Shown in pieces: positions 39,249 to 51,406 of a stretch of 64,000 nt of DNA. Position 1 is the stretch's first letter; each line of letters opens with the position of its first letter. Source of the DNA: Antedon mediterranea (lineage: Eukaryota; Animalia; Echinodermata); contig NC_092670.1 of assembly GCF_964355755.1 (NCBI RefSeq), forward strand, positions 20,136,795 through 20,200,794. The letters are read 5' to 3'. The notes beneath the pieces are model-generated. The model ran no database searches, was not told the origin of the DNA, and saw only the letters and a list, made by a program, of their open reading frames with translations. A program made the translations under genes and the position numbers.

Positions 39249-40199
39249 GCAGATGACTTGTCAGAGTTCTTCACCCATTTATCGATACAGTCATCAAGCC
39301 TGTGGAAAATAGAATACTGTACTGTAGTAATTAAATATTTATTACTGTAGTGTAATAATGTTGTTAACGTTTTCCGTCTTCCGACATTACGCTTTTCACA
39401 ATTTGTTTCCATTTTTTTCTGTTTATGGCAGGATGGTTTGTTATTGTGTTAGTGTCTACTTGTCCTTGTAAGTCTTTCTTTATTTGATTCATCCAGTTAT
39501 TTCTTGGTAATAAACCATTATAAATAATCCATCATAAACCATGTAAATCAACCAACCAAATTTCATTTGTACCTTGTTGTAAAAGTCCCTCTTTATGTAC
39601 TGTATAACTAGCTAGGCCTAGTTCAAGGGTACAGTGGCCAATACGCTCCACACCACCACCTCAGAGTCAGACCCCAATCACTATTGCAGTAAGGCTATGC
39701 TCAGCAGGCATAGGGCCTAGAAATTATTTTAGTGTAGGCCTCCTAGTCATGGATTAAAGAAATCCATGGCCTAGGCCCTAGTGTATAGGCCTAGTTAGCT
39801 GGCCTTTGTTTGTTGTTTGTTTTGGACTGCCACCACACATTCTCTAGCTTGTGTATTGTCTTTACACATTATATACAATAATGACAAAAAACTACACTTA
39901 TGATCTTACTTGATAATTAATAAACTTTTTAAAAAAATGGATGTATACAGCATTTAAACTTTAAAAAACCTAGGCCAGGTAGCCAACAAAAACATCAACG
40001 TATTCATGAAGAGACATCGACGACCCCGACCGTGGAGGAGAGAGAGATAGAGGTTCTTCATCATAAAAACAAGTAAGTGAGCCATCTGTCGGTGGTTGTA
40101 AATGTGGTACAGTTTTGGTGAACGGTGGTGGCAGCAGCTGCTCTCTCGATTATTTATGTTTTTCTAGACTTAATATTTATATATTTAAAAATAAACAAA

Positions 40200-43100
40200 A
40201 TGAACACTTTAACAAAAGCACGACAGTTTATTTTAATAGGAACCATTTTTACAATTATTTTAGCCATAGGTAATGTATTAGTTTTTACAAAAAGTGTAAT
40301 ATTTAGATGAAAATAAAGCCAGAACTAGCTAGGCCCTACCTCTAGCTAGCCTGGCTTACTAACTAGCTAGGCTAGGCCCTACTCAGATTGACCACCAGGA
40401 CAGGTACAAGGCCTATTTAATAATGTTTGAGTCCGTCACACTGTTCAGGTATCTCTGGCCTAGCTTATGGAATGTATGGAGGTAGGGTGTAGGCCTAGTA
40501 TGCTTAGAACGCTAGGGTTACACAAACGTTTATGGAGATATAAATTGTAGTAAACAACTCTAATCTAAGTGAAAACTATTTGTATTATATTTTTTATTTT
40601 AATAAATTTGTCAATATTATTTATTTGTCAAAATTGTGTGCATTACCATGTACCATGTGACGTCTGATGATGAACATTAAGGAATCATATATCATTTGTT
40701 TTCACAATTTGTAGGTACAAGTGGAAGCGAGAGAGTCAAAATGAGACTTGTTCAGGAACCATCAAATTATGGGTAAGTATGAATAGGTGACTGAAGAGCT
40801 AGTTTTGCAAGTGGCTGTCAAAAACCCCATTTCCTTGTCCAACACATCACACAACCTTTCAAAAAATGTGTTTTTCATTTTTAGATATAACCAGAATATA
40901 GATGACAATTCTGACAATTCATTAAAACCTAGAATAAAACCAGCTAATTTTACAGGTAAATTCACATAATTGATTTCTTAATTTTATTTATTCAAAGTTC
41001 TGCAAAGTAGTATAATACAAAACAAGATATAAAAAGCAAGGAAAAAAAACAGGTGATAAACATTATGGTAGTTTGTCAACCAAAAACAGACAAATAAAAC
41101 AATTATTACAATCTACTAATTACAATATCTACAAGAAAACCATAACTCAATGTTACTATTCTAAATAATGGCGATTTTTTGATTTTTGATCTATTTTCGC
41201 AATTAAACTGTTTACCGTATATGAAACATGATCAACATTTTTTCTACTACCAGGTCCACCTCATCTTAGACGGCTAATGGGCAGATGTTTTAGTCTTGTG
41301 CAATCATCGTAAGTTAGTTGCATTGGTTCATCTTATTTGTGTTTAAGTACCAAGAAAATCTAACAAGCTAACAGGTTTATCTGTGGCTGCAACACAATCG
41401 GTTCCACATCCCTTAACAGACACCATGCGCTGCTGAGAATATGTAAATAGTACAGTACTGTTGCTATTTGTCGCAGCCAGACATAAGATCAAAGGTTACG
41501 AGTTCCTATCTTGGAAAGGCAAGCTCAGTGTCTTGTTAGATTGCCTTGTACTGTAAATTCTCGTCTGTACTATATTTTAAATAATTATGCACATTACTGT
41601 TGGTGACATAAAACAGTGAATATGTTTTCTTTTTCATTACGAATTATCCTAGAGAACATAAGAAATATCAATATTTATGCTACCCATTTTAGTATGTAGT
41701 AGTACATTTCATATGTCTCTTTACCATGTCCCATTAGATGAGAAAATTTCATTATTAGGACTAAATTTAAGCAAGGTCATTACCTTCATTGTATAGCAAT
41801 AGCATTTTAATCTTTTGGCCAAGCATCTTGACAAGGATACATGGTCATTTAAGATGCTGGTATATTTATAAAATGGTCAAAGAAAAGAGCATTGATTAAT
41901 TATTTTGTTGATAATAATTTTTTAATTGATTTAATCATTTTGTTTTTCTATATTTTAAGATATAAATATGAATTTTGCCCCTTTCAAAATGTTACTCAAC
42001 ATGAACAAAGTATGCGTTGGAATCCTTACAGTGGTATTCTAGGGTAAGTAAAGTTTTAGCTTAAATACATAGCATATAACTTGTTACAGTCACTGCTCCA
42101 ATATTTAACAGGGTTTTTTTATGTTTTTTAATTCAATTTTCAACCTTTTATATTTGATAGAATATGGCAAGAATGGGAGATACATAACAACACATTCTAT
42201 GCGCTTAGGATGAAGGAAGGGGATGTTTGTGGTGACAAGGGGCGAGAGGTTACGGTAAGATTGACATTTGTTCTGGTCCTACCTTGTGCTGGCTTTATCT
42301 CATTAAGCACAATACTGTAGGTCAGCTAGTGGCTTTTGATAGGCATTGTATCTACAGTACTGTAGGATTTAATTCATATATAGTTTACATAAATAAAAGT
42401 TTGATTTTTATTTATTTATTTATTTACCAGATTTCTATAGCGCCCTTTTCATGAAAACTCATGCTCAAAGGCGCTTCACATCATAAAGACAAACATCATA
42501 AGCAATAATTACAAAAGTAACCTCAAATTATGCGAAATAAGATTTCTTAAACTAAGTTATAAATATTCTTACTGTACATTAATTAAAATCGCATAAAATA
42601 GAAAAATAAAATGAACGATATACAAAATAGGTCGGAATTTCTTAAACTACGATTACAAAAATACAATTTATTTACATATTAATTATTATTTAATTTATTT
42701 ATTTATTTATTTTTTTTTATTTATTTATTTATTTTTTTAAATTTTTATTTTATTTAATTAAATTGATTAAAAATTAAAAATATTATTGCACAATAATTGA
42801 CCAAACAAATTGCAGTAGAAAAATACAAGATTACAAAAATAGGCATCAATCGATTTCTTGTGCAAATTGCTGCTGTAGCACACATTCCACTATAAGAAGC
42901 TTTTGATTTGCTACAAACTAGGAACAAGCTAGGTCAAGTGATGTCAGTCGTCTCCTAAAACTCTGTCGAGCTAGGGAGCTTGAAAGAACATCCCAACTTC
43001 CTAGCATTTCCACAATGAATTGACATGACCTAGTTAGGTCATAGGTCGTCTCAAATCAAAAGCTCCCTTTTATCAGATAGTGGAACATATCGATTACTTA

Positions 43101-46100
43101 CATTTCTGTCTTTTCTTCAGGTGAGGCTGCTTTGTGGCACAAAAAATGAGGTTACAGCTGTGAGCGAACCAGTCACTTGCAAGTATCAGATGGAATTTAA
43201 GACGCCTTTAGTGTGCCATAATCACTCTCTCCTAGGTGTGTATAATTGAACTTTCTTTTCCCCTTTTTTTGTACTCTTTTCTCTTTTTTTTCTTATCCCT
43301 GATTCAGTATATATGACTACTGTATTTCATACAGTATTATACAGTAGGTCAGTAATATCTTCATCATTTTTTCAGTGTATCCAACATTATCTGTGGAATT
43401 AAGGAACAAATGGAATGAGTTAGAAGGACAATTGCTTGAAGAGGATATCACTCAACAGGTACAGTATTTGCTACCAGAAGAAACACTGAAATGCTAAAGC
43501 GCTCTTTACACTATCATAACATTATGTGACAAAAAAATATGATGTACCCAAATATGGACATGATGATATCATATTACTACCATATTTGGGCACATCACAC
43601 TTTTTTTCATACTAGTGTAGACAAAGCTTAAAGCTTTTTGTATAGAGTTCTGCGGTGCTGACGTCACAACGGTAGGTGGCGCTGCATGGACGGTAGGTGG
43701 CGCTGCATGGTTGCTAGCCAACCAAAAAATGCGTTCAGCCTGCCTGAGTGACTCCTAGTTCACAAATGGTTTGGAATAGGCTTATTGAAGTAGTCATTTT
43801 AAAACTTAATAATTTTCGATAAAAACAAACTAAATATTTGTTTTTAATAATCTATTTATTCTTCAATTAAAAAAAATCAAGCTAAGAGACAAATTTGATA
43901 GAAACACAAATCTATAGTGGTTATCAAAATATAGTGTTGAACACATTTTTGGTTGGTTGCGCTAGCAACCACCCAGCGCCATCTACCGTTGTGACGTCAC
44001 AACGCAGAACTCTATCTACAGAAACTTTAGCTTCTGATTTTCAATAATATTCATTGCATACAGGTAGTAGTTTCAGATCAAACACTATTAAACACCATTA
44101 CACTGTCACTGTATTTATCCAAGTGTCTATATATGTATTTTTTCTATTAAACACATAAGTTCTGTTTTTAGGGCTACCAAAAACGACTAAATGAAATTTT
44201 CAAGGCTGCAGGTTATATAATGGATGAAAAGTTGCATGAGTCACTTAAAATAGAGAATGAGAAAAAGGAGAACCCTGCCAGCCAATTTTCAACACTAGAA
44301 TCTTGTAGTGAGGTATGTACTTCTCATATGGACTATACTATAGATTTGTTGTTGATTATATTTAAGTTTTAGTTTTTATGTTGAATAATTATTTAATCTT
44401 CTATGTAAAATTATTATCTAAATCTTAATGAATTTCCCCGGAGTTTGGGATAATAAAATTTTATTGAATTGAATATGAAAATACATGATTGTTTATTATG
44501 TAAGATTTGATTGACTATTTATTGATTATTGTCCAATATTAGGCCTATTGTTTACTGTATGTTGTTTTTGTAATTGTTTTCTGAGATGCATTGAAGCTAC
44601 TCTATCAAATTTTATGTGAAAAAAAATATGACATCATATCACTACCATATTTGGTGCGTCAAACTTGTTTGTTTAACTAGTTTGATATATAGTGTAGACA
44701 GAGTTTACCTTGTGAGGCACCCCTGTGTATAACATGATGTGTATATGAGTGTATTTAAAGTTGCTACGTTTGTTTCTAACAGGCACATAAAAAACTAGAA
44801 GCAGAAATTGAGAGACTTCAAGGTCTATTATCGAAAAATAATGTTTACGGTAAGAAAGCACTTTCATCATTTTCCATTTTTAGTCTGTTAATACAGAGTA
44901 TCCAAAATGCCCTTAACATTCTCTTCTCTTGCTTCCAAATTACATGACATCACTTCCTGGAAGGTCAACTTCTCCCAGAATGACCTCTATAACTTGTGTT
45001 CTGAAATAGATTTAATTTAAATTTAAAAGATCGTACATTTAAATTTTAAAACAAGCTTTCTATGAGCTCGAACATAAGATCATTATGTCATGCAATCTAT
45101 CCCATCATGCATTAGTATTAGTTTCTTCTATTAAGCATTATTATTCAAAATCAATTTTTTAAAACACTTTTTATCTATGTGTATTATGTAATGTGTTTTT
45201 TGTGTACAGTTGTTGTAAGTTCGGTATCACTTCCATACATTGTATTGCAAATAATTATGGCCGAGAACCTAATGAGTTCATTCCAAAAAAACAGAGACGC
45301 ACTTTGTCTTTCCTTTCCATTACTGTAGTACAGTCAGCTCTCTAAAAATCAAACACCTAAATTCAATATTTGAAACATTTTAAAGGTCTAAATGATTTTA
45401 AGATTTTCCAAAAAGGTCTGTAAAAAGTGTTTAAGGTGTTTGATTTTGAGGAGATGGACTTTTAGTCTTGATTTTTGCACATTTTGGTTTCTTTTGAATA
45501 ATTCTCTATGCTTTCTAGACAATTCTACAGCAGTTACTTCAAACAAGTTACCTTGAATCTGATTGGTAAATCTCCACTATACATGTCAAAGGTCATAAAA
45601 GCCTTGTTCACATTATGCATTTCTATTTGGCAAAAGTATCTCTCAACATAATGATTTTATTGATTAATGAGATTTAAGCTGTGTGTGTCAATCACTTCTA
45701 CCAACAGTTGGTTAAATATCGCTTCACCTTTGTACATATTGAGGAACAATTATATGTCCATATGAATGCATTACTTTTGTCAAATATGTTTGTAGTAATA
45801 AGAACTTGGGTTAAATGTGTGATATGAATCTATCTGCATGCCTCACAATCATTTGCATGAATTTCTAAACATCTAAATCATGAATGTGTCATTCACACTA
45901 GTATAATTGAAATATGTTACCGTGTGTGATTGGTGAATACAGTCATGGTTCACACTAGTTATTAACCTCCTCTAAAGGGTCTTTCACACTTGTTCAGGCA
46001 TGGTACCAATCTGGTGCTGGCAAATCAAATGGAACATCATTGTTTCCATGTGGAGCGTCGTGAAAACAAAACAAAGTGTAAAAGACCCTTAAACAAGTTA

Positions 46101-47093
46101 AATGACTCATCCTCAGTGGAAAGCCTATCACTTGATAGGTTGAAATAACTTATATATAGCGTACAGGAAAATAGATGCAAACAAACTAAGAGAAAGATAG
46201 GAAAAGGCTATGAAAGAAAAGAGTAGAGTAGAATGGAATGGACTAGCTCCCTGTCCCAAGATCCCATGGTCTATATGTGTAAACAGGTAGCATGTATCTT
46301 CCATCAGCTGCTATAACACCTCATGTATTTATAATCATAGTACTTTTTATTCTATAATTAATAGGAAATAGACATGTAAAAAAATAAAGAGAAAGAAGGT
46401 ACAAAAGAAGAGAATGGAGTAGAATAGAATGGACTAGCTCCCTGTCTTAATATCCCATGAGTCTATTTGTATTACTGTGTCTGTATAAAGGTAGCATGTA
46501 CCTTTCATATCTGCAGCAATAACACCTCTCATGTATTTGTAATCATACTTTCTTATTATAAGACATATTCATGTTTATTTATTTTACTAATTCAACTTCA
46601 GTTCCTAATACTAACATTAACTATAATAAACAATTTGTATTCTGGAAATGACTTTATTATTTTTTAAGTGTAAATAAATGTGTGTGGTTGTGTATGGTAA
46701 AAATAGAAACAGTTCTGTAATCTGCATGACAACTTAATAAGTGTGGTAGTAATGATGATATAATGATGTTGGTAATTATAAAAAACAATAATAATAATTA
46801 CAATAGTGATGTTGATATTAATCTGAAGAGAAATATTCTTATTATATTCAGATTGTCTGATTCTAATCTTATCGATGTAATAAGTAAGAAAGAAGGAGAA
46901 GAGATTGGCAATTGTGATTAAAACTAATATATTTTTTTTTTTATGGAAAACAAATTAACTGATTGAATTGCACTTTGCACTGCACAGCTAGCATCACATT
47001 TTGAGTTAATAATGTTTGTTTGTTTCAGGGGAAATATCCTACCATGATGATCAGCAAAGAGAGGATTTTGCTTATGCTAATTATGACATGTAA
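40200..47093 (+). CDS. GNPTG: N-acetylglucosamine-1-phosphotransferase gamma subunit
   Basis: Signal-peptide exon 40200-40269, then 40715-40772, 40885-40955, 41254-41308, 41960-42043, 42161-42254, 43121-43235, 43376-43458, 44172-44312, 44783-44849 and 47029-47093 (last exon least certain). MRH motifs: [74 protein letters not shown]. Confidence 0.93.
42425..42480 (-). mobile_element. L2/CR1-type LINE or SINE 3' tail
   Basis: The reverse complement TGTGAAGCGCCTTTGAGCATG...AAAGGGCGCTATAGAAAT is followed by a (TAAA)n tail. A related copy lies at ~31683-31740. Confidence 0.55.
43642..44015. mobile_element. Long-TIR foldback MITE
   Basis: ATAGAGTTCTGCG.TG.TGACGTCACAACGGTAG.TGGCGCT is inverted at both ends, with inner GCTAGC/CAACCAAAAAATG also inverted. 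Confidence 0.78.
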
Positions 47094-48661
47094 AGATATG
47101 AAAGATCACACGACTAGTATTGGTTTGGGATTTGGAGATTTCTCTCTGTCTCAGAAAGCATGAGAGCTTCTTTGAAAGATGGTGAACTATATACAATTCC
47201 AAGTCAGTTCAGCAAACGTTCTTCTGAGACTTAAAGATGTATTGGGGCCTTGAAAAAATAATGTTTTAAATTTTTTTTTTTAATATGCCATTTTAATGTC
47301 ACATAATATTTATTCACTTTGACCAAAAATTGGAGCGGAAAAAAATAATTTTGTAATTTTATAACTTAAAACATTTTTTGTTCGTTTTTTTTCTACGGAA
47401 GTGATTAACTAAAAAACTACAAAATGGCCTATTCAAAGTCTGATTTTGTTAATCTTCATTTTTCATGTTTTTAGGGGACAAACACAACAATTTTTCAGTA
47501 AATTTATGTTCATACAGTAGTAGATAGTAAGAGTATAATTTTTTAATAACTTTTTAAACATGTTTTATTCAACTTGGTTGCTTAATTATGTTTTTAATTA
47601 TGCTTCTAAAAACACTTTTTGATTTACTAATCATAACAATTACTAATTTCATATTCATTTCATATTCCAAGTTTTTAAAATAGATTGTACCAAATTATTG
47701 TACATTAATTATGTTGTAAACATTGGTATTTATGTATTTGTATAAGTTGTTTTTTCTAATATTAAATATTTTGAATTAATTAATAAATGTAATTTGATGT
47801 TCCTTTCATGTTTTGTTACCCTGCACCACACATCATATAATTTGAAATTTGCTACGAAATGGAAATCTGTTTGCTTTTCGGTGACATATACAAATAATTG
47901 ATGTTTATGATTTTGCAAGGACAACGTTGCGTGGCAAAATGTTTACAGAAACCTAAACGTGCACTAGAGCCGTTCATTATCACCATTAGATATAACTTTT
48001 CCATGAAATAGTGCTAATTCAAAATGAGACGTGATGCCTAATTGATCAATCAAATTGCAAGAATACAATCAGGTGTGTTATAATAATTTATGTCAAAAAA
48101 GTAGACTTCACTCTTTGCACTGTGCAATATTGATCTTGCACGTTAACTGTATTCAATTAAGCATGGTTCCCACTAGCGACGCAACGCAAGGACGTAACGC
48201 AACCAGTACTGAACGCAACGCAAGTGAATTGACCAATCACAAGGGATGGCTTATTCGCGTGTGATTGCTAACTGTCTATAACTTTGCTTGTCATTGGTTA
48301 AAACGCTTGCGTTGCGTTTACGTCCTTGCGTTACGTTCTAGTGGGAACCAAGCTTTACTGTAGTTGCTGCAGTGTCGTAATCACTGTCTTTGAAACGCGA
48401 TTGTTGATGAAAACGCGTTTTTCACCATGATTGTCGGGAAAAAGTTACAGCCGTACAAAATAATGATTACGCAATAACGAGTATGCATTATTGTATTAAA
48501 TACAATTTATTGGAAATGTTTAAAATCAAATTAAAATGTCTTTTATTTTATAATCTATTTTTATTACACATTATCATACGTAGGCATACTATTGATAAAA
48601 ATCGTTAATATTAGAATTAATAGATTACTATTTTTTAAATATTATTATCAAGTTACTAATG

Positions 48662-50631
48662 TTATAGTTCTTCTTTATTCTTTTTCACGCTTTCTGCCCT
48701 GTCTGTATTAGCAGTTTTGGTTTTAGGAGGATTTTTCTTTTTCTTTTTGTCCTTTTTCTCTTTCTTTTCCTTGATATCATTTTCCTCATTTTCTTCTATA
48801 GACGGTGCCTTTCGTGCCTTCTATAAATATACACATTTATTTCAATCTCAGTTACCACTTTTTAAAATATTTTGTTTGAAGAAAAGAATAACTTAAATCA
48901 GGTGTGATATTTATCGTTAACTATCACATCCTTTATTACAATTTGTTTATTTAAACTTACCGGTCCTTTATATTTATTGATACGGAAGTTAGATCTATCA
49001 ACCCCAACACAAGCATCAGTTACTTCAAAGCAAAGTTCCAGCTCTTGTTCGTTGACATCAGTGTCTTTGGATAGCACAGCCAAAAGCTCATCCTTGTAGT
49101 CGCCTAAAATGTAAAGGTGTTCTATATGATTAGACGTGGTCCTTTGGTTGTCAATAGTAAATTTTGGTTCAATGACGTAGACGCAACGTAAGGACGTAGA
49201 CGTAACGCAAGGACGTATCACAATCGATTGTTCGAATAAGTCATCGCTTTTGATTGGTCAAATGACTTACGTTGCGTTACGTAGGCCTACTTGCATTGCA
49301 TCTCTAGTGGGAACCAAGCTTAAGGCTCATAATCTTCGGAATAGATCTTTTTCAAAGTGTATCAGGCTACCGTTACACAACTTGCACAAAGTAGGCGAGG
49401 CCTAAACAATGTGTCCACTTACTTGTCCAATAATCGCAAACTTTCTTCATATTAGGCGGGCTAAACTCATATGCTCGTAAATTGTCAAAATTGCATACTT
49501 TGGTGATGACCGTTGCCGCCTTCTTTCTGCTTCCCTTACCAATTAGTTTGTTGGATTCTGAAAAGTATAAAGGACGTATTACTACTACATACAGTCGTCA
49601 TCTTTTAATTCCACCAAACCGAAACGTTTAAGTGCTCAGTGACATGCAAGGCTTTGATTAGGGGAGTCCAAAACACAGTTAGTACAGTAAAGCTCTGTAT
49701 CAAACTAGTTTGACAAAAAAAGTGTGGTGTACCCGTATATATGGTAGTGATATTCCCAAATATGGTAGTGATATGATACATCATGTCCATATATGGGCAC
49801 ATCAACATTTTTTGTCACATAAAGTTTGACAGGTCAGACCAGACTTCAGGTGATTTTTTGGATTGGCAAACATTTGTAAACAGTACCAACTGTCTCGGAG
49901 TTTTGGACAAACTTTTTATCTCCACATACATACCAGTTATAACTGCATGGCATCCCTCGCAAACAACCTCTGCAAATAAAAGAAAAATCACCGGCGTTAT
50001 ATTGATTTGGTTCAGTTTATTATTGTCAGTCATTCGTATTGAAAATATCGAAAGTCAATGTCATTATTTTAGCATTGTACCCAAACTTACATTTTTTCGC
50101 GGGGTTTGAGGTTTAAAAAAAGTAAATCGTGTACTATTTCTCAGTTTACTTTGATAGAAACGTTATACTTATCGCAATGAAGCATCTTTTGTGCCTCATT
50201 TGAATGTAAACGAACTTTTACAAAAAAATTATTTCGTTTGTAAAACATTGTTCAACCCCGAAGCCGGTATTGATATAATCATGGAGTATTACTCCATGTT
50301 ACAATTGACAAAAATGCTTTGTTCGTTTTGTACTGTTATTCTAATTTCACACAGAAAGACCACAATGGGGTTACCATCTGGATTTGCCGAACTCCCAAAT
50401 CTCATTATTATGTCGTATTTGCTACAGTAGTAAGAAAAATAATTCCTCCTTGGTGTAAAAAGCATTGTGTAAATACCGCCTCTGTTGAGTTAGAGTCATT
50501 AATAAGTTGGTCAGAGTTAAATGTAGTACCTTTTCACATTTTTAATTACCTTTTGCAAATTTGGTAGGTTTCACTGCCCACGTGACTGTAATACTTGCAA
50601 GAGTAAGGATTAATATATTTAGAAAATCCAT
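48662..50631 (-). CDS. Secretory-pathway saposin B-type (Canopy/MZB1-like) protein with C-terminal KEEL, 184 aa
   Basis: Exons 50631-50550, 49969-49934, 49557-49423, 49103-48961 and 48820-48662 are all in phase. Signal peptide MDFLNILILTLASITVTWA; six Cys in saposin spacing (CEGC...VCNF...VCDY...LCFEVTDAC); Lys/Glu-rich tail ending NKEEL-stop. Confidence 0.85.
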
Positions 50632-51406
50632 TGTATACAAAATGTTCCTTTAAAAAATAGGAAAGAGTCGATATTATACTGTAGTTGCATATAAACATGG
50701 AGTAAAAGACAGAACAACAGAACTGTACTGTATTGTCAAATAGCGGTACCGTTTTCAATACGGATTTCCGTTATAGATCTAAGAAAGGTATAACTGTAGG
50801 CTACTTCCCTATGCTAGTATAGGTTTTTTTTAATTGATCTAATACCAGTAAAGCCACAATTAAAGAGTATAAGCCAGTAACTTACCGTTATTAAATCAGT
50901 TATAGGTCTATGAAGAAGGCAGATATTAACACGTGTCCTTTATTTAAGAGGTTCATTCGACAAACACACTTGGACTTTAAACTTGCAATAAGATAAGATC
51001 GAACCTGGAATTGTGATTAAAGAAGCGCCCTCAATGAGTGTGGCTTGGTCTTTTTAAAGTTAAAAATTTATCTAGTAGACCTATATTTCCTGCAGGTTAC
51101 AGTAGGGTATCCCATGGAGGTATAATACCTCCATGGCTATCCTTACAGTAGTGAATATTCATCAGCAACTTGATACGGTTGACAAATTAATAATAATGAA
51201 TATTCAAACATCTAACCACTCCCTGCTGAATATTCATAATCGCAAGCGTGACCGAACACGACGTTGAAAACCAGGAAGTGGCAAGCCCATGTTCTAAATA
51301 TAGCAATGTATCATGATGTTCGTATTAATAATAACATGCTTGAATAATAAAAACCTGACAGTTCGGTAAGGGGTTGAGAGGCTACTTGAAACAACAGGGA
51401 GAGAAG

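Noticed and set aside
39261-39278. In-frame TGA upstream of the NAA60 ATG read as selenocysteine or readthrough
   Set aside because: No SECIS was recognised and NAA60 homology starts downstream, so a uORF is the simpler reading.
50321-50421. Possible extra exon of the saposin-like gene
   Set aside because: Its phase is incompatible, and the five-exon model is complete without it.
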